Below are positions 1 through 13,270 of a stretch of DNA of 64,000 nt, piece by piece; the first letter of the stretch is position 1; the number at the start of each line of letters is the position of its first letter. The notes under the pieces were generated by a model. The model was not told where the DNA came from. It made no database searches and saw only the letters and a program-made list of their open reading frames with translations. This DNA is from Octopus vulgaris. Lineage: Eukaryota. Both the position numbers and the translations under genes were made by a program. The DNA is taken from the NCBI GenBank assembly GCA_951406725.2, contig OX597834.1:8680001-8744000 (forward strand), written 5' to 3'.

Positions 1-169
1 TGTGTAAAAGACAATAGAATGTTTTGATAACATATTCTGAGGCTCTTCTGTTTCTGATACTTTTATGAAAATCCTAAAAATAAAAGTATACATATGACTT
101 TACTTGCAATTAATATTTAGTGATAATAAATCTTAGAGCGAGTTATAAACAGTAGCTGCAACACGTCGA

Positions 170-413
170 GACGTATATTTGCCATTTAAACATGGCTAGC
201 TCCTACGGGTTGCTGCTACTGTAGTTTGTAGCCTCTGGATGACACCTCCTCCAGCTGTCTTTAGACACACTTTCTGTGCCCTACTGTGCAAATACTGATA
301 GGTCACAGAAAACGTGTCCTAAAGCCAGCTGGAAGAGGTGTCCTCCTGGGGCTACAAACTACAGTAGCATCCACCCTTAGGGGTTAGCCATATTTAAATG
401 GCAAATATACGTC
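170..413. mobile_element. Fold-back (hairpin) MITE-like element
   Basis: GACGTATATTTGCCATTTAAACATGGCTA at 170 is the inverted complement of TAGCCATATTTAAATGGCAAATATACGTC ending at 413. The arms pair imperfectly over about 120 bp each. Confidence 0.75.
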
Positions 414-897
414 ACAATAATTAGGGATTTTAGAATTAATATTTAGGGTACCTGGTCGTGTTTGTGTCACGTTTTGGTAACTGATATGTCGATTCTAAAT
501 CGCATTTTTTAACCAAGTAATTAAATTTGATTTTGTGTGGAAGAAGTTTGTAAGATGCTCATTAGAGGACTAGAGATACAAATCAAGAAACGACACATTG
601 TTCTTAATGGCATCGGGAAGTGCAAATATCTGTGAATCTTGAAAGTTTGTCATCGAATTTCACTAATGAGAAGGATGTCGCCCAAATAACAGTGAGCGAT
701 TTATAAAAAGAAATTTGTATTTTGTCCCGATACGACAAATTTAATTGCTAAGAAAAATGCAAATGGCAGTTTAACAAGAATCTTTATTGCGTACATGAAC
801 CAAAACACAGTTCTTCCTAAAGCTGTCTTAATCTGACCACATTCATTTGAGAATTCTAGTGTGTGTGTGTGTGCATATATATAGAGACAGAGACAGA

Positions 898-1092
898 GTT
901 AATCCAAACATGAAAAGACAAAGAGAAAACACAACAACGCGAGGACGTGGAACAAATATAGTTTTATTGGACGCTCAGGAAGGAAGGGAAAAAGGAGGGT
1001 TTTACGTTTAGAGCGGAGCTCTTCATCAGAAACATAGGAAAAGGAAAAATCGAAGAAGGGAAGACGGAAGAAAAAAATCGCCAACGGTCACA
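898..1092 (-). mobile_element. Short non-coding repeat (family H1) with minimal hammerhead-like motif at 999-1033
   Basis: Reverse complement is a close homolog of 26122-26322. The minus strand reads GTTT-CTGATGA-A-GAGC-TCC-GCTC-TAAAC-GT-A-AAAC (G12 mutated to T). Confidence 0.75.
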
Positions 1093-1218
1093 TTTTGAAT
1101 ATATATATATATATATTTGTGTGTGTATGTATGTATGTGCGTGTGTGTGTGTGTTCGCGTACGCGTACGTGCGCGCGTGTGTGTAATTATGTATATGTAT
1201 ATATGTATGTATATGTAC

Positions 1219-1880
1219 GGTGCATCAATATTTTGACGACAACTCTTTCAGGAGCTCTTACTGCCTTGGAAAGTTTTTGTAACTCTACTTTTCATGTAAA
1301 TAACGTCAGGCATCATCAGATTGTGTCAGCAAATGCAAAACCACACCGGAATCGTTGTGATACAGAGATAGTGCTCTTCTAAACATTGTGATACAGAGAC
1401 AGCTCGCTTCAAGAAAGCTGCCCTCTCTTTTGTTATCAAAAAATCTGCTGTTGGAGGTTCAGCATCAGTAGCTGAACGTAAAACTAATGTAACGAGTGAG
1501 ATCCACTATCAGACAAAATTGATTTGTTCAAGATTCTCAAGAAACAAGCGATAAAATCCACTGTAAATCAATCAAAGCCATGCGAAGAACCTCAGGTTTT
1601 GAGAATGCACCATCAGAAGAATTGTGCATGAGGGCATTAAATACAAGTCCTATGTGATGGCGGCGGGTCGTTTCATTTATGTGACAAGCAAGGATCTTTC
1701 GATCTTTTCAAAGCTAAACAAGTTAAAACACAAGGATGGTTTTCCCAGATGAAAAAAATTTCAATCAGGACCAAAAAGTAAACTGAAGGAATGGCAGGTG
1801 GCTATGCATAGTAAGTTCCCCAGCAACTATTGTGATCCTGAGAGTCGTCTGCAACAAGGGAAATGTCATGCACCCTCCCG
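1219..1880 (+). pseudogene. Decayed Tc1/mariner (maT/DD37D-like) transposase, N-terminal to first catalytic Asp
   Basis: Frameshifted translation gives CTIRRIVHEGIKYKSYVM, FPDEKNFNQDQKVN*RNGRWLC and VVCNKGNVMHPP, which match maT-type FSDEK..NDRW and GDVMPP motifs. Confidence 0.7.
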
Positions 1881-1919
1881 TTTTCTCAAGGTTTAAGAGT
1901 CAATGTCCCTGTCTACTCA

Positions 1920-2460
1920 GTAATTTATATTCAGTCTTACTTGTGTTGATGTCCAGAATAAAAGTCGATAAAATGGGAAAATTACGAATCGTTCTGCAAA
2001 TTCGTCAGTGTGTTGACGGAGGTATATTTGGCGATATTGAAGGGAGAAAGTTGTTGTCTTTGGACGTGTACAACGTTTTTGGATTAAATTTCCTCTTGAG
2101 TCAATAGAATTTCGATGCAGCCCCAGCATCTGATTACGCAATTGAGATTATAGGAGGCGCAATTGAAGTTAGATTTGATTTAGAAAAGTTGTTCTTGTCT
2201 GAAATGGAATTCCGTTCCTTCCAATAGATTGGGACATGTTCCGCAAATAGGGCAACCAAACGTTACGACTCTTGCGTCCGTTATTCAAGAAAATAACTTG
2301 GCATTGGTGAGGATCTTCTTCAATATCGTGGGCTGTTTGCCGCTCTTAATGATTTTATGGTTACGTAGAATTTCCTTAGGTTTGGTGTCCTTATGAATTA
2401 TTGGAAGTTTTGGGACGATGATATTGAAATCTTCTTTCTTTCTAGGATTGTATGAGGAGA
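1920..2460 (-). pseudogene. Penelope-like retroelement remnant (Cys-rich linker plus GIY-YIG endonuclease)
   Basis: Minus-strand translation with stops and frameshifts: [71 protein letters not shown]. Confidence 0.75.
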
Positions 2461-2503
2461 TGTATAACATGCAAAATGGGACAAGAACGCAAAACATCCG
2501 GAC

Positions 2504-3007
<504 letters not shown>

Positions 3008-3599
3008 CTTTTGGGTAGATGTGTTGCTGTTGTTTGGCTTTCCTTAATATTTTAATATCTATCGATTTATTAAACTAGAATTCGTAATTTTCTCATTTTA
3101 TGAAGTTGCATTCTGGACCTCAAAAGAAGTGAGACTGAATTAAGAAACCTCACTTACCAAATAATATAAACCAGAATTAAATATGAACCCATATTAAAAA
3201 TAGAGGACTTACCCTAACTAATGTAAGATATATAATAGAGAACAAATAAGAAAAAATTAAAATAAAAAATTACAGATTTATCTCCCCTTTATTGTAATAT
3301 AAATGAGTGAAAAATTATCTCCCGTAGCAATATAACTTTTTTTATCTCACCAGCTTGATTAGCAATGCAAAACTGGTTCATACTTCAATCATGTTGAAAG
3401 AACAAAACCTTAGTTTGTACTAAATTTTATATCTTTATTGTCGTGGCTCTAATATGCTCCTAATTCCGAAAAGGTTAGTACGCCGTGTTAAAATAATGAA
3501 CTGCATGAACACGCAAACCACAAACATATACGTGTGCGCATGCGTGTGTGTGTGTATTTACATGTATATGTGTGTGTACGTATATATATACATTTGCTA

Positions 3600-3817
<218 letters not shown>

Positions 3818-3910
3818 CATATATATACATATATATATATAAATATACACATACATACATACATACATACACACACACACACTCACATCATATATGTATC
3901 AATTATATTC

Positions 3911-3962
3911 GCATTCTGAAGAGTTTTACTTAAACTAGTAAATCGGAACGATCGTAACCGCT
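3911..3962 (+). ncRNA. Degenerate hammerhead-like motif
   Basis: CTGAAGA, stem II (TTTACT/AGTAAA), GGAAC in place of GAAAC, palindromic ACGATCGT followed by A. Stem I pairs poorly. Confidence 0.4.
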
Positions 3963-5047
3963 ACCCTCATATCTGCTTCTTCCTTCTTTCTTACCTAATT
4001 TAATTACCTTCTTCCTTCTTTGTTACCTAATTTAATTAAAGACATACCAGCGTAAACCACGAGTTTCCCATTGTTATTTTATCCATTTTCTTCTCCTATA
4101 TATTTTCAATCTTTTTTTTTCACAATGATATACAATGTCGAGGTATTTAAAGAGAAAAAAAATTCTTGAAATACCTTTTTTGCAGAAATATACCATGAAT
4201 TAAGAAGCTATCCCTGTATTATTACCGGCAATTTCGGAAGTAATTTAAAATCGATTCAAGTAATTTCAGCATCTAACAAAAGTATGTGGACCTGACAATT
4301 CTGTAGATTGAGGGTTAAATTACTGAAATTCCGGGGGATAAGTGGTTTATGATAACAAACAACATTTCCCATTACTCAACGAAAACAGGATAACATGGGG
4401 ATCAATTTTTAGTATATTATACGTAAATTGTAACTAATATGTTATTGATAAACAAAATAGAAATGTTGGAAACGAATACGCATTTAACGGACTTGAATAT
4501 GCAAGGAAGGATATTTCAGTTTGATATCAAACATGATCATCTTACGATGCATTTGCATGTACTGGAAATAGGTGAAAACAAGAGAAAATACAGAAAAACG
4601 AGTAACACAAACTAAGATTAAATCTTCCGGTTACTCTTAAAATTTCCATTAACGAATCCAAATAATTTTAAGATCAATCAACTTGCAAGTTGATAGCGAT
4701 ATACTAGCTAAATTGTGAATTAGATAAGATCTGCAGTTTTAGTTAATAAAAATTTTGGAAAATTACCGATAAAATATCAAGTAGGAGTGGAATACGTGAT
4801 AAACACGAGCATTATGCTTGCATTTTGAACAATAAAAATAAAAATTGCGGAATGTTTTATTTTATGAATTTCCGTACAAAAAATATGGTTGCATTATCTG
4901 ATGTCACTAAAAGCAATATGTGGTATGTCGAACAAAAATATTTAAATTCAAAATGTAGGTTTGGGGTTAGGAAATTAGTTTGAAGGGAAATATCTATCCT
5001 TCTAAAAGCACCCATGAGAACTGAGATAGACCAACAGAGGCTTACTA

Positions 5048-5261
5048 TCTCTTTCTCTTTTACTTGTTTCAGTCATTTGACTGTGGCCATGCTGGAGCAC
5101 CGCCTTTAATCGAGCAACTCGACCCAGGGACTTATTCTTTTTGTAAGCCCAGTACTTATTCTATCGGTTTCTTTTGCCGAACCGCTAAGTGACGGGGACG
5201 TAAACACGCCAGCATCGGTTGTCAAGCAATGCAAGGGGGACAAACACAGACACACAAACAA

Positions 5262-5326
<65 letters not shown>

Positions 5327-5491
5327 TACGACAGGCTTCTTTCAGTTTCCGTCTATCAAATCCACTCACAAGGCATTGGTCGGACCGGGGCTATAGCAGA
5401 AGACACTTGCCCAAGATGCCACGCAGTGGGACTGAACCCGGAACCATATGGTTGGTTAGCAAGCTACTTACCACACAGCCACTCCTGCGCC
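5048..5491 (-). mobile_element. SINE family A (tRNA-derived head, CORE-like CTTGGGCAAGT segment, internal TA/TG microsatellite)
   Basis: Head GGCGCAGGAGTGGCTGTGTGG with B box GGTTCAGTCC and a tail of short purine-rich repeats. Many copies occur in the window. Confidence 0.92.
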
Positions 5492-5767
5492 TTGTGCAGG
5501 AATTGTCCTAAATCCATTCCTCTCTATACGATTTCTGCTGATGCTGCCATGAAATGTCAAGTGATGTAGAGCTGATTAAAACAGTTACGAAAAAATATAT
5601 GAAACGCCACCTAACAGTGGAGTGAAAATTTCACTCGCAAGACATTGAGGAAGTCAGAAAAATACAAGTCTTTGTTTCAGTAGCAGGAACTTGGCCATAC
5701 TGGGGGCACTGCCTTGAAGAATATTCAGTTGTTCCCAGTTCATATTTAAAAACTGGTAATTATTTTT

Positions 5768-5998
5768 ACTTCTTTATTACCCACAAGGGTCTAAACATAA
5801 AGGGGACAAAGAAGAACAGACAAAAGGATTAAGTCAATTACATCGACTCCCTTGTATAACTGGTACTTAATTTATCGACGCCGAAAGTATAAAAGGCAAA
5901 GTCGACGTCGGCGGAATTTGAACTCTGAACGTGACGACAGACGAAATACATCTAATCATTTCGCCCGGCGTGCTAACGTTTCTGCCAGCTCACTGCCT
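5768..5998 (-). mobile_element. SINE family B (tRNA-derived)
   Basis: Homologous to 6208-6440, 16157-16385 and 51196-51411. The family carries the central GCCTTTCATCCTTTCGGGGTCGATAAATTAAGTACC block, resembling the MetaSINE domain. Confidence 0.9.
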
Positions 5999-6207
5999 TC
6001 CTGGTGAATAAATGAATGACAAAACTGGTGATTATTCTATCGATTTCATTTGCCAAACTGCCATGTTACAGGGACGTAGCCACACCAATAGCGGTCACGA
6101 AACGATGGTGTACGACAAACCCAGTCCTATTGTCTCAGACATTTTATCATGTGTGCAGCCTCCATATTTTGTCACACTGTCGACTCGGTTTTCTGTGTGA
6201 CAAGGGT

Positions 6208-6808
6208 GGCGGCGAGGTGGCAGAAACGTTAGCACACCGGGCGAAATGCGTAGCCGTATTTCGCCTGCCGTTACGTTCTGAGTTCAAATTCCATCAAGGT
6301 CGACTTTGCATTTCTTCCTTTCATGGTCGATAATTTAAGTACCAGTTACCCACAGGGGTCGATGTAATCGACTTAATCCATTTGTCTGTCCTTGATTGTC
6401 CCCTCTGTGTTTAGCCCCTTTTGGGTAGTAACGAAATAGGTATTTCGTCTGCCGCTACGTTCTGAGTTCAAATTCCATCAAGGTCGACTTTGCCTTTCAT
6501 CCTTTCGGGGTCGATAAATTAAGTACCAGTTACGTACTGGGGTCGATGTAATCGATTTAATCCATTTGCCTGTCCTTGTTTGTCCCCTCTGAGTTTAGCT
6601 CCTTGTGGGTAGTAAAGAAATAGGTATTTTGTCTGCCGCTACGTTCTGAGTTCAAATTCTGCCGAGTTCGACTTTGCCTTTCATCCTTTCGGGGTCGATA
6701 AATTAAGTACCAGTTACGCACTGGGGTCGATGTAATCGATTTAATACCTTTGTCTGTCCTTGTTTGTCCCTTCTATGTTTAGCCCCTTGTAGGTAATAAA
6801 TAAATAGG
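6208..6808 (+). mobile_element. SINE family B concatemer: one head plus three 184-bp body units
   Basis: GTATTT(C/T)G unit starts at 6256, 6440 and 6624 give an exact 184-bp period. Confidence 0.92.
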
Positions 6809-7324
6809 AGTGTCTACATCTCTATTATATATTGTATCCTTATATTGTAGCTTTGTTTAGTGTGGCACTTACGACCCTTTCACTTATGGCAATTATCCCT
6901 CTCTCATACACAACAGGTTGACTCTCAAACATATATCCCTGCAATGTTTCTGCACCGTCCCTCTGCACATTCTAAAGATTGCATTTCCTAGTTTAACTGT
7001 TTAACTGGGTGCTTATCTTACACACTATAAAGATTTTAATCATGACAGATGTTTCTTCCAAAAGGGTATGTTCTATGGTCAGAGATTTCGAGTAAGTTCC
7101 TGACTTTTCTACTACTTTTGTTTTTAGATTCACTAATTCTAAAACTTTTCTAAATAGTTCGACAGTGTAGCAGTGGCTGTATGGTAAGTAGTATACACGT
7201 GTCTGTATGTAAAAGGACAGTACGTGAATGTTTGTGTGTGTATGTGTGTGTGCGTGTGTGTGTGTCTGTAAAGACAACCATTATGTAACATTCACAATTG
7301 TATTAATTTGATTTACATTCGATA

Positions 7325-7621
7325 TCTTTATATATAAAAGTGAAGTTTTGTGTCTGTATCCTACGATTTAGATTCCTAACTACCCCCACATTTTGCGGTG
7401 CAGTTTAATCAAAAGCAGGTATCTTATAGTCGTGATTCATATCCAGCCCTTCTGGGTATTAGCGCGCGTCTACGATGAGTCTACGATTTTAAAAAAAATT
7501 ACCATAATTTTTTCCCATTTTAATGCATTTTTTTGCTATTATATAAGGGAAGTAACTTTCTAAAAATGCTTATATAGTTATTTCCCTTACAAACCCGAGC
7601 AACGCCGGGCGATACTGCTAG
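7325..7621 (+). mobile_element. Non-autonomous Helitron
   Basis: A|TC 5' end, subterminal hairpin CCCGAGCAACGCCGGG, CTAG|T 3' end and no TSD. A second copy lies at 33500-33893. Confidence 0.88.
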
Positions 7622-8434
7622 TTTATATATAGAAGACTACAATTAGCCGTTATTTTTGACGGCACGGTGCCAGCTAGTTTATTTTGTAAAATCCTAAAGT
7701 GTATTACAAACGTTCGTTCTTGAATATCTTTTACTAATGCATGTCTGTTTGAAACAATGTTTTTATTGTTATTTCTAGCAATTCCTGTTGGTTTGTTGGT
7801 TCTTAGCTTGAAATATTTAATTTACTCGCAAATGTTTTAAAGATAACTTCATTTGTATATATTTTAATGTTGTGACTGTTATTGCGATAATGGAAGAGGC
7901 AATGAACGTGCTGTTTTCTTATTGGCTGAAAATTCCGAAAATGATCAAACTCTGAACACCGGCAACATTTTCGCAACATTTTTCGGGAATAAATAAATGA
8001 CAAATTCGGATTCAGCTTCAAAGATTACATCTATATATTACGTTAAAAAAGTATTTTTAAGCATAATCATAAATAGTGACGAGAACCACAAAGAACCCTC
8101 CTTTCTACACCCTATTATTATCATCATTTTTGTCTATAAACACAGAGAAGAATAAACGGTCTTTGAAGGGGTTACAGAATGGGCGACGAAAGAGATGCGA
8201 TAGAAGTACCAATAGCTAATAGCAGTAACGTTGAAGTGAAAGTCAAAGAGTACGTGAGATTATTGGCAAAATGAGCATTTCCAAATATTTACATAACCGC
8301 TTCGACAACCGATTGTACATGGAGACTGTCGAAGAAGAAATAGATTCACAAGCACGCGCGCACACACACACACACACATACATTCATACACAGATACACA
8401 CATATACACACAAGCACATACAGAACACACACGT

Positions 8435-8492
<58 letters not shown>

Positions 8493-8494
<2 letters not shown>

Positions 8495-8817
8495 CGTTTT
8501 GGCGTTCAGACGAGCGTACTGGCATAGATGTGGCAACATTTGAAATATTGTCTAGGTATATGCAGCTGATGAAGACAAATCAAATCTACGTTGTCAAACG
8601 TACTTGAAGCGTCTGAAACCGGTCTTGCATTATCCGATTCTAGGTTTTCCGTTTTTCAGATGTTCTCGCTAGAGGTAAGACAAACTGCTTTCACGTATGT
8701 TGCACACACGCATCTTTGCTAGTATATACGCAGTGAAGCTATACTATAGCGTCGTATTTATTACGTTTGCTATTTCCCAGTAAATATCGGTGCCTTGTTG
8801 TACCATTTATTTACTTT
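8493..8817 (+). mobile_element. About 325-bp non-coding insert in a (TA)n tract carrying a hammerhead ribozyme
   Basis: Unique-looking segment bounded by TA runs on both sides, with a hammerhead at 8560-8630. Confidence 0.6.
8560..8630 (+). ncRNA. Type I hammerhead ribozyme, canonical core
   Basis: Stem I ATGCAG/TTGCAT; CTGATGA at 8566-8572; stem II AGAC/GTCT extended by TCAA/TTGA and TACGTT/AACGTA; GAAA; palindromic stem III ACCGGT; GUC cleavage triplet ending at 8624. Confidence 0.85.
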
Positions 8818-10135
8818 TATATATATATATATATTTATTTATAACATTTTATCATTAATTAAAATCTTACGGTAACAAGAATATTCATCGAATATTCATA
8901 GTCAATAGACTATATATTATTCAAAGAAGAATACAGTGTACTTTCAAACACAAAAGAGTTACCCCAAGAACAGGATATCGCTAGAAAGAGCTTGGAGTTT
9001 TTAACTGCTATTTCTAGCGAGACCGATATCCTATATATATATATATATACATTTTTTTTTTCTGAAAGAAGAATGCTGCTGTCAGTGACTTCGAAATTTA
9101 AGCCAACAGAGCCATCCTCCAACTGGGGTAAGTGACTGAAACTTCGAAGCCATTGTGAAGACCATTTTGCACTTAAGAATAATAAATCATTGTTCTACAA
9201 ACGTATAAAAGTAAACCGTGAGATTTATGTAAAATGGTTTTTAAAACAGATATTAATATTTGTGTGTGTGTGTATGTGTGTGTGTGTATGTGTGTGTGTT
9301 TGTATGTGTGTGAGCATGTGTGTGTGTACGCAGACATACATACATGTGTGTACGTATGTATGTATTCGAATTAATTTTAGAATGGTCATATTTGACAATA
9401 GTTTGTTTTTACGCTGTCTCAGAAAAACGTATTTTACAAAGGAAATTTAAGAGCCTCTTGAAATATGATCAATATTAACAGAGATGCGACAAATTTAGTT
9501 GTGTTTATATTTGTATGCCTTGAATTGTTATTAAAAACATTTGAAGTGCTTTCAGAAAATGGAATTATGATATGAAAACACCAATAAGAATTCGTATGAT
9601 ATTAAGTATTGTTAAAGAATGGAACGAATAATTTCTTACGAATGCTTGATAATATAATATGAAATAATGTTATGAAAACCTCATAAGTTAAGTACACATT
9701 AAATGGCAATTATTGTTAAATAACATTGGAGAGATATTATGGATTTTGTAAGAGGTTAGATCTGCTAGATAAGTAAAAGGAATTACAGAAAACAATAGAT
9801 TGAGATTTTTACATCGGTGTAAGCTCAAAACACAGCAGATATCAGAATTAACTCTTTCAGAAATGAACAGAATTTAAATCAACTTTCAAAACAATTTTCG
9901 TAACTATAGGCACACGCACAAGAACACGCTTATACAAACACACACATAGACACACGCGCAGAAACACACACATACATATATATACACACACGCACGCATA
10001 AATACACACACACACATTGAAAATGATGTAAACGGAATTGAAAGTTTATTAAAAAGATAACCAAATTTCTATTTACCTTAGTCAATGCCATTTTGGTGCG
10101 TGATCAACCTGGTTAATTATTCTTTAGGGAGCAAT

Positions 10136-10325
10136 CTAACCTTAAACGTAACCCTAAACTTAACACGAAACTCTCGCTCTAAGACTGAACTTTAACCCTA
10201 AAACCTAACGCCAATTCTAAACCCTTGCTCTAAAACTCACTCTAATCGCAAATCCAAACGTAACTCTAACCATAAATCTAACCTAAATCTAAACATAATC
10301 CTTAAAGTTAAAGATAATCCCAACC
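10136..10325. repeat. Decayed (TAACCC)n telomere-like array
   Basis: Six-base periodicity of TAACCC/TAAACC/TAACTC variants. Confidence 0.6.
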
Positions 10326-10443
10326 TGCATCAGATTCTTTACTAAAGTAAATCGCATGCTAAAACAGCCCGCAGATATTCTATTCGATATAATACAAGAT
10401 GAACAACATTTTACCTTATAAGGAAAAATCATATATAAACATA

Positions 10444-10835
10444 GGCGTAGGAGTAGCTGTGTAGTAAGACGCTTGCTTCACGACCTCATGGTACCTGGTT
10501 CAGTTCTACTGCGAGGCAAACTTGGACAAATGTCATCTCCTATAGCCTCGGACTGACCAATGCTTTGTGAGTGTATTTTATTGGCCTATATATGTGTATG
10601 TGCATGAGTGTGTGTGTATGTGCATGAGTGTGTGTGTGTGTGCAGTTGAGTTTGTGTTTATCCCCACAACCTTTCGGCAACTGGTGATGTTGTGTTTACC
10701 TGCTCGCAACTTAGCGGTTCGGCAAAAATAACTCAATAGAATAAGTATCAGGCTTAAATTTAGGTCCTGGTGTCGATTAGTCGCTGTCCCAGTATGGTCA
10801 CATCCGAATGAATGAAACAGGTAAAAGATATAAGA
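10444..10835 (+). mobile_element. SINE family A, old diverged copy
   Basis: Head GGCGTAGGAGTAGCTGTGTAG, CTTAGCGGTTCGGCAAAA body and GAAACAGGTAAAAGA tail. Confidence 0.8.
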
Positions 10836-10860
10836 TACAATCATATATTCCAACAGTATA

Positions 10861-11025
10861 GGCGCATGGGTGGCAGTGTGGTAAGTAGCTTGCTAACCAA
10901 TCACATGGTTCCTGGTTCAGTCCCACTGCATGGCATCTTGGGTAAGTGTCTTCTGCTATAGCCCCGGGCCGACCAATGCCTTGTGAATGGATTTGGTAGA
11001 CAGAAACCGAAAGAAGCCCGTCGTA

Positions 11026-11071
<46 letters not shown>

Positions 11072-11425
11072 TGCGTGTGTGTGTTTGTGTGTCTGATATA
11101 GCCCCGGGACGACCAATGCCTTGTGAATGGATTTGGTAGACGGAAGTTGAAAGAAGCCTGTGGTATATATGTATATATATATGTATATATATGTATGCGT
11201 GTGTGTGTTTGTGTGTCTGTGTTTGTCCCCCTAGCATTGCTTGACAACCGATGCTGGTGTGTTTACGTCGCCGTCACCTAGCGGTTCGGCAAAAAAGACC
11301 GATAGAATAAGTACTGGGCTGACAAAGAATAAGTCCCGGCGTTGATTTGCTCGACTAAAGGCGGTGCTCCAGCATGGCCGCAGTCAAATGACTGAAACAA
11401 GTAAAAGAGTAAAAGAGTAAAAGAG
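10861..11425 (+). mobile_element. SINE family A with internal tandem duplication
   Basis: The block TATAGCCCCGGG...GTGTGTCTG occurs twice (about 10957-11095 and 11097-11218). The tail is (GTAAAAGA)3. Confidence 0.92.
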
Positions 11426-11760
11426 TATACAGTTTTCAATCTCACCGAAACAAAAAACAGTTCATCATGTGAAATATAAAATTCACTCTCACAGAAATAT
11501 GTAGAGAAAGATTTAATCTTGACCAAAACAACATATAAATATAGCCATCCACAAAAAAAAACAACAACATAAATTTTCAATTATGAATCCCATTATCTCT
11601 AAGAAAAGCAATGCAAAATTCTAGCATTCATTCTGTGAGCGCGTATCTTATAATTAAAGAAACAGACTTGACAAAACTGTCGACTTTTGTGAAATCGACG
11701 AATAAGTTCACCATAATGCACCACACGGACAGCAAAAAGATTCCGGGCACTAGCAGGGAT

Positions 11761-12157
11761 ACTCTTTTACTTGTTTCAGTCATTTGACTGCGGTCGTGCT
11801 GGATCACTGACTTTAATCGAGGAAATCGACCCCAGGACTTATTCTTTTTGTGAGCCCAGTACTTATTCTATCGGTCTCTTTTGCCGAACCGCTAAGTAAC
11901 GGCAGACATAAACACACCAGCATCGGTTGTCAAGCAATGCTAGGGGAACAAACACAGACACACAAACACACACACGCATATATATATATATATACGGCGG
12001 GCTTCTTTCAGTTTCCGTCTACCAAATCCACTCACAAGGCATTGGTCGGCCCGGGGCTATAGCAGAAGACATTTGCCCAAGATGCCACGCAGTGGGACTG
12101 AACCCGGAACCATGTGGTTGGTTAGCAAGCTACTTACCACACAGCCACTCCTGCGCC
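11761..12157 (-). mobile_element. SINE family A
   Basis: Full-length homolog of 5048-5491. Confidence 0.92.
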
Positions 12158-12390
12158 TATGTAGAGAAAGATATGTAGAGAAAGATTTAATCTTGACCAA
12201 AACAACACATAAATATAGCCATCCACACAAAAAAATACAACATAAAAATTCAATTATGAATCCCATTATCTCTAAGAAAAGCAATGCAACATTCTAGCAT
12301 TCATTCTGTGAGCGCGTATCTTATAATTAAAGAAACAGACTTGACAAAAATGTCGACTTTTGGGAAATCGACGAATAATTTCACCATAAA

Positions 12391-12550
12391 AGGAGTGGAT
12401 GTGTGGTAAGTAGCTTGTTTACCACCCACATAGCTCCGGGTTCAGTCCAAGTGCGTGACACCTTGGGCAGGTGTCTTTTACTATAGCCTCGGGCCGACCA
12501 AAGCCTTGTGAGTGGATTTGGTAGACGGAAACTGGAAGAATCCCGTCGTA

Positions 12551-12589
<39 letters not shown>

Positions 12590-12775
12590 TGTCCCCCTAG
12601 CATTGCTTGACAACCGATGCTGGTGTGTTTATATCCCCGTTACTTAGCGGTTCAGCAAAAGAGACCGATAGAATAATTCCCAGGGTCGATTTGCTCGATT
12701 AAAGGTGGTGCTCCAGCATGGCCGCAGTCAAATGACTGAAACAAGTAAAAGAGAGTAAAAGAGAAAAAGAGAGAA
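12391..12775 (+). mobile_element. SINE family A
   Basis: Head AGGAGTGGATGTGTGG through the GAAACAAGTAAAAGAGAG tail. Confidence 0.9.
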
Positions 12776-13139
12776 TAATGCACCACACCCACAGCAAAAA
12801 TATTCTGGGTACTAGCAGGGATGTGTTGAGGTTAAGAAGCTTGCTTTACAACCCTGCGGTTTCGGGTTTAACCTCACTACACAGCATGTGTCCGCAACAT
12901 GAGTGTGAATTTGGTAGATGGAAACTGCATGGAAGCCCATTGTTTATGTGTGTGAATAGGTATGCGTACCTTTGTGTCTGCGCCCCACTATATCTCTGTT
13001 TAAGTTCCTGTATATCGTGGTTTGTCTGGAAAATATAATGTTATTCATAACCCACACATACATAAGCACATATAATATGTTCACATATACCCGCGTATTG
13101 GTTTCAAATGTCGGCACAAGGTTACCAACTCCAGGGTGG

Positions 13140-13267
13140 GGAAGATAAGTCGATTACATCTACCCTGTTCTCAACTGGTACTCATTTTATCGACGCCGAA
13201 AACCTGAAAAACAATGCTGACCTCGGCGGAATTTGAACTCAGAACATAAAGACGAACGAAATGCCGG
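13140..13267 (-). mobile_element. SINE family B fragment
   Basis: AAGTCGATTACATC...CCTCGGCGGAATTTGAACTCAGAAC. Confidence 0.75.
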
Positions 13268-13270
13268 CAT

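Larger units (their letters stand above)
11497..12822. repeat. About 265-bp direct duplication (11497-11760; second copy 12171-12822 interrupted by a SINE)
   Basis: ATGTAGAGAAAGATTTAATCTTGACC...CACCATAA is present twice. The continuation TGCACCACAC...TAGCAGGGAT recurs at 12779-12822. Confidence 0.9.

Noticed and set aside
5219-5569. Recurring MSSNARGTNT...YQIHSQGIGRPGA peptides looking like a gene family
   Set aside because: They are antisense translations of SINE A copies, with frames broken by the internal microsatellite.
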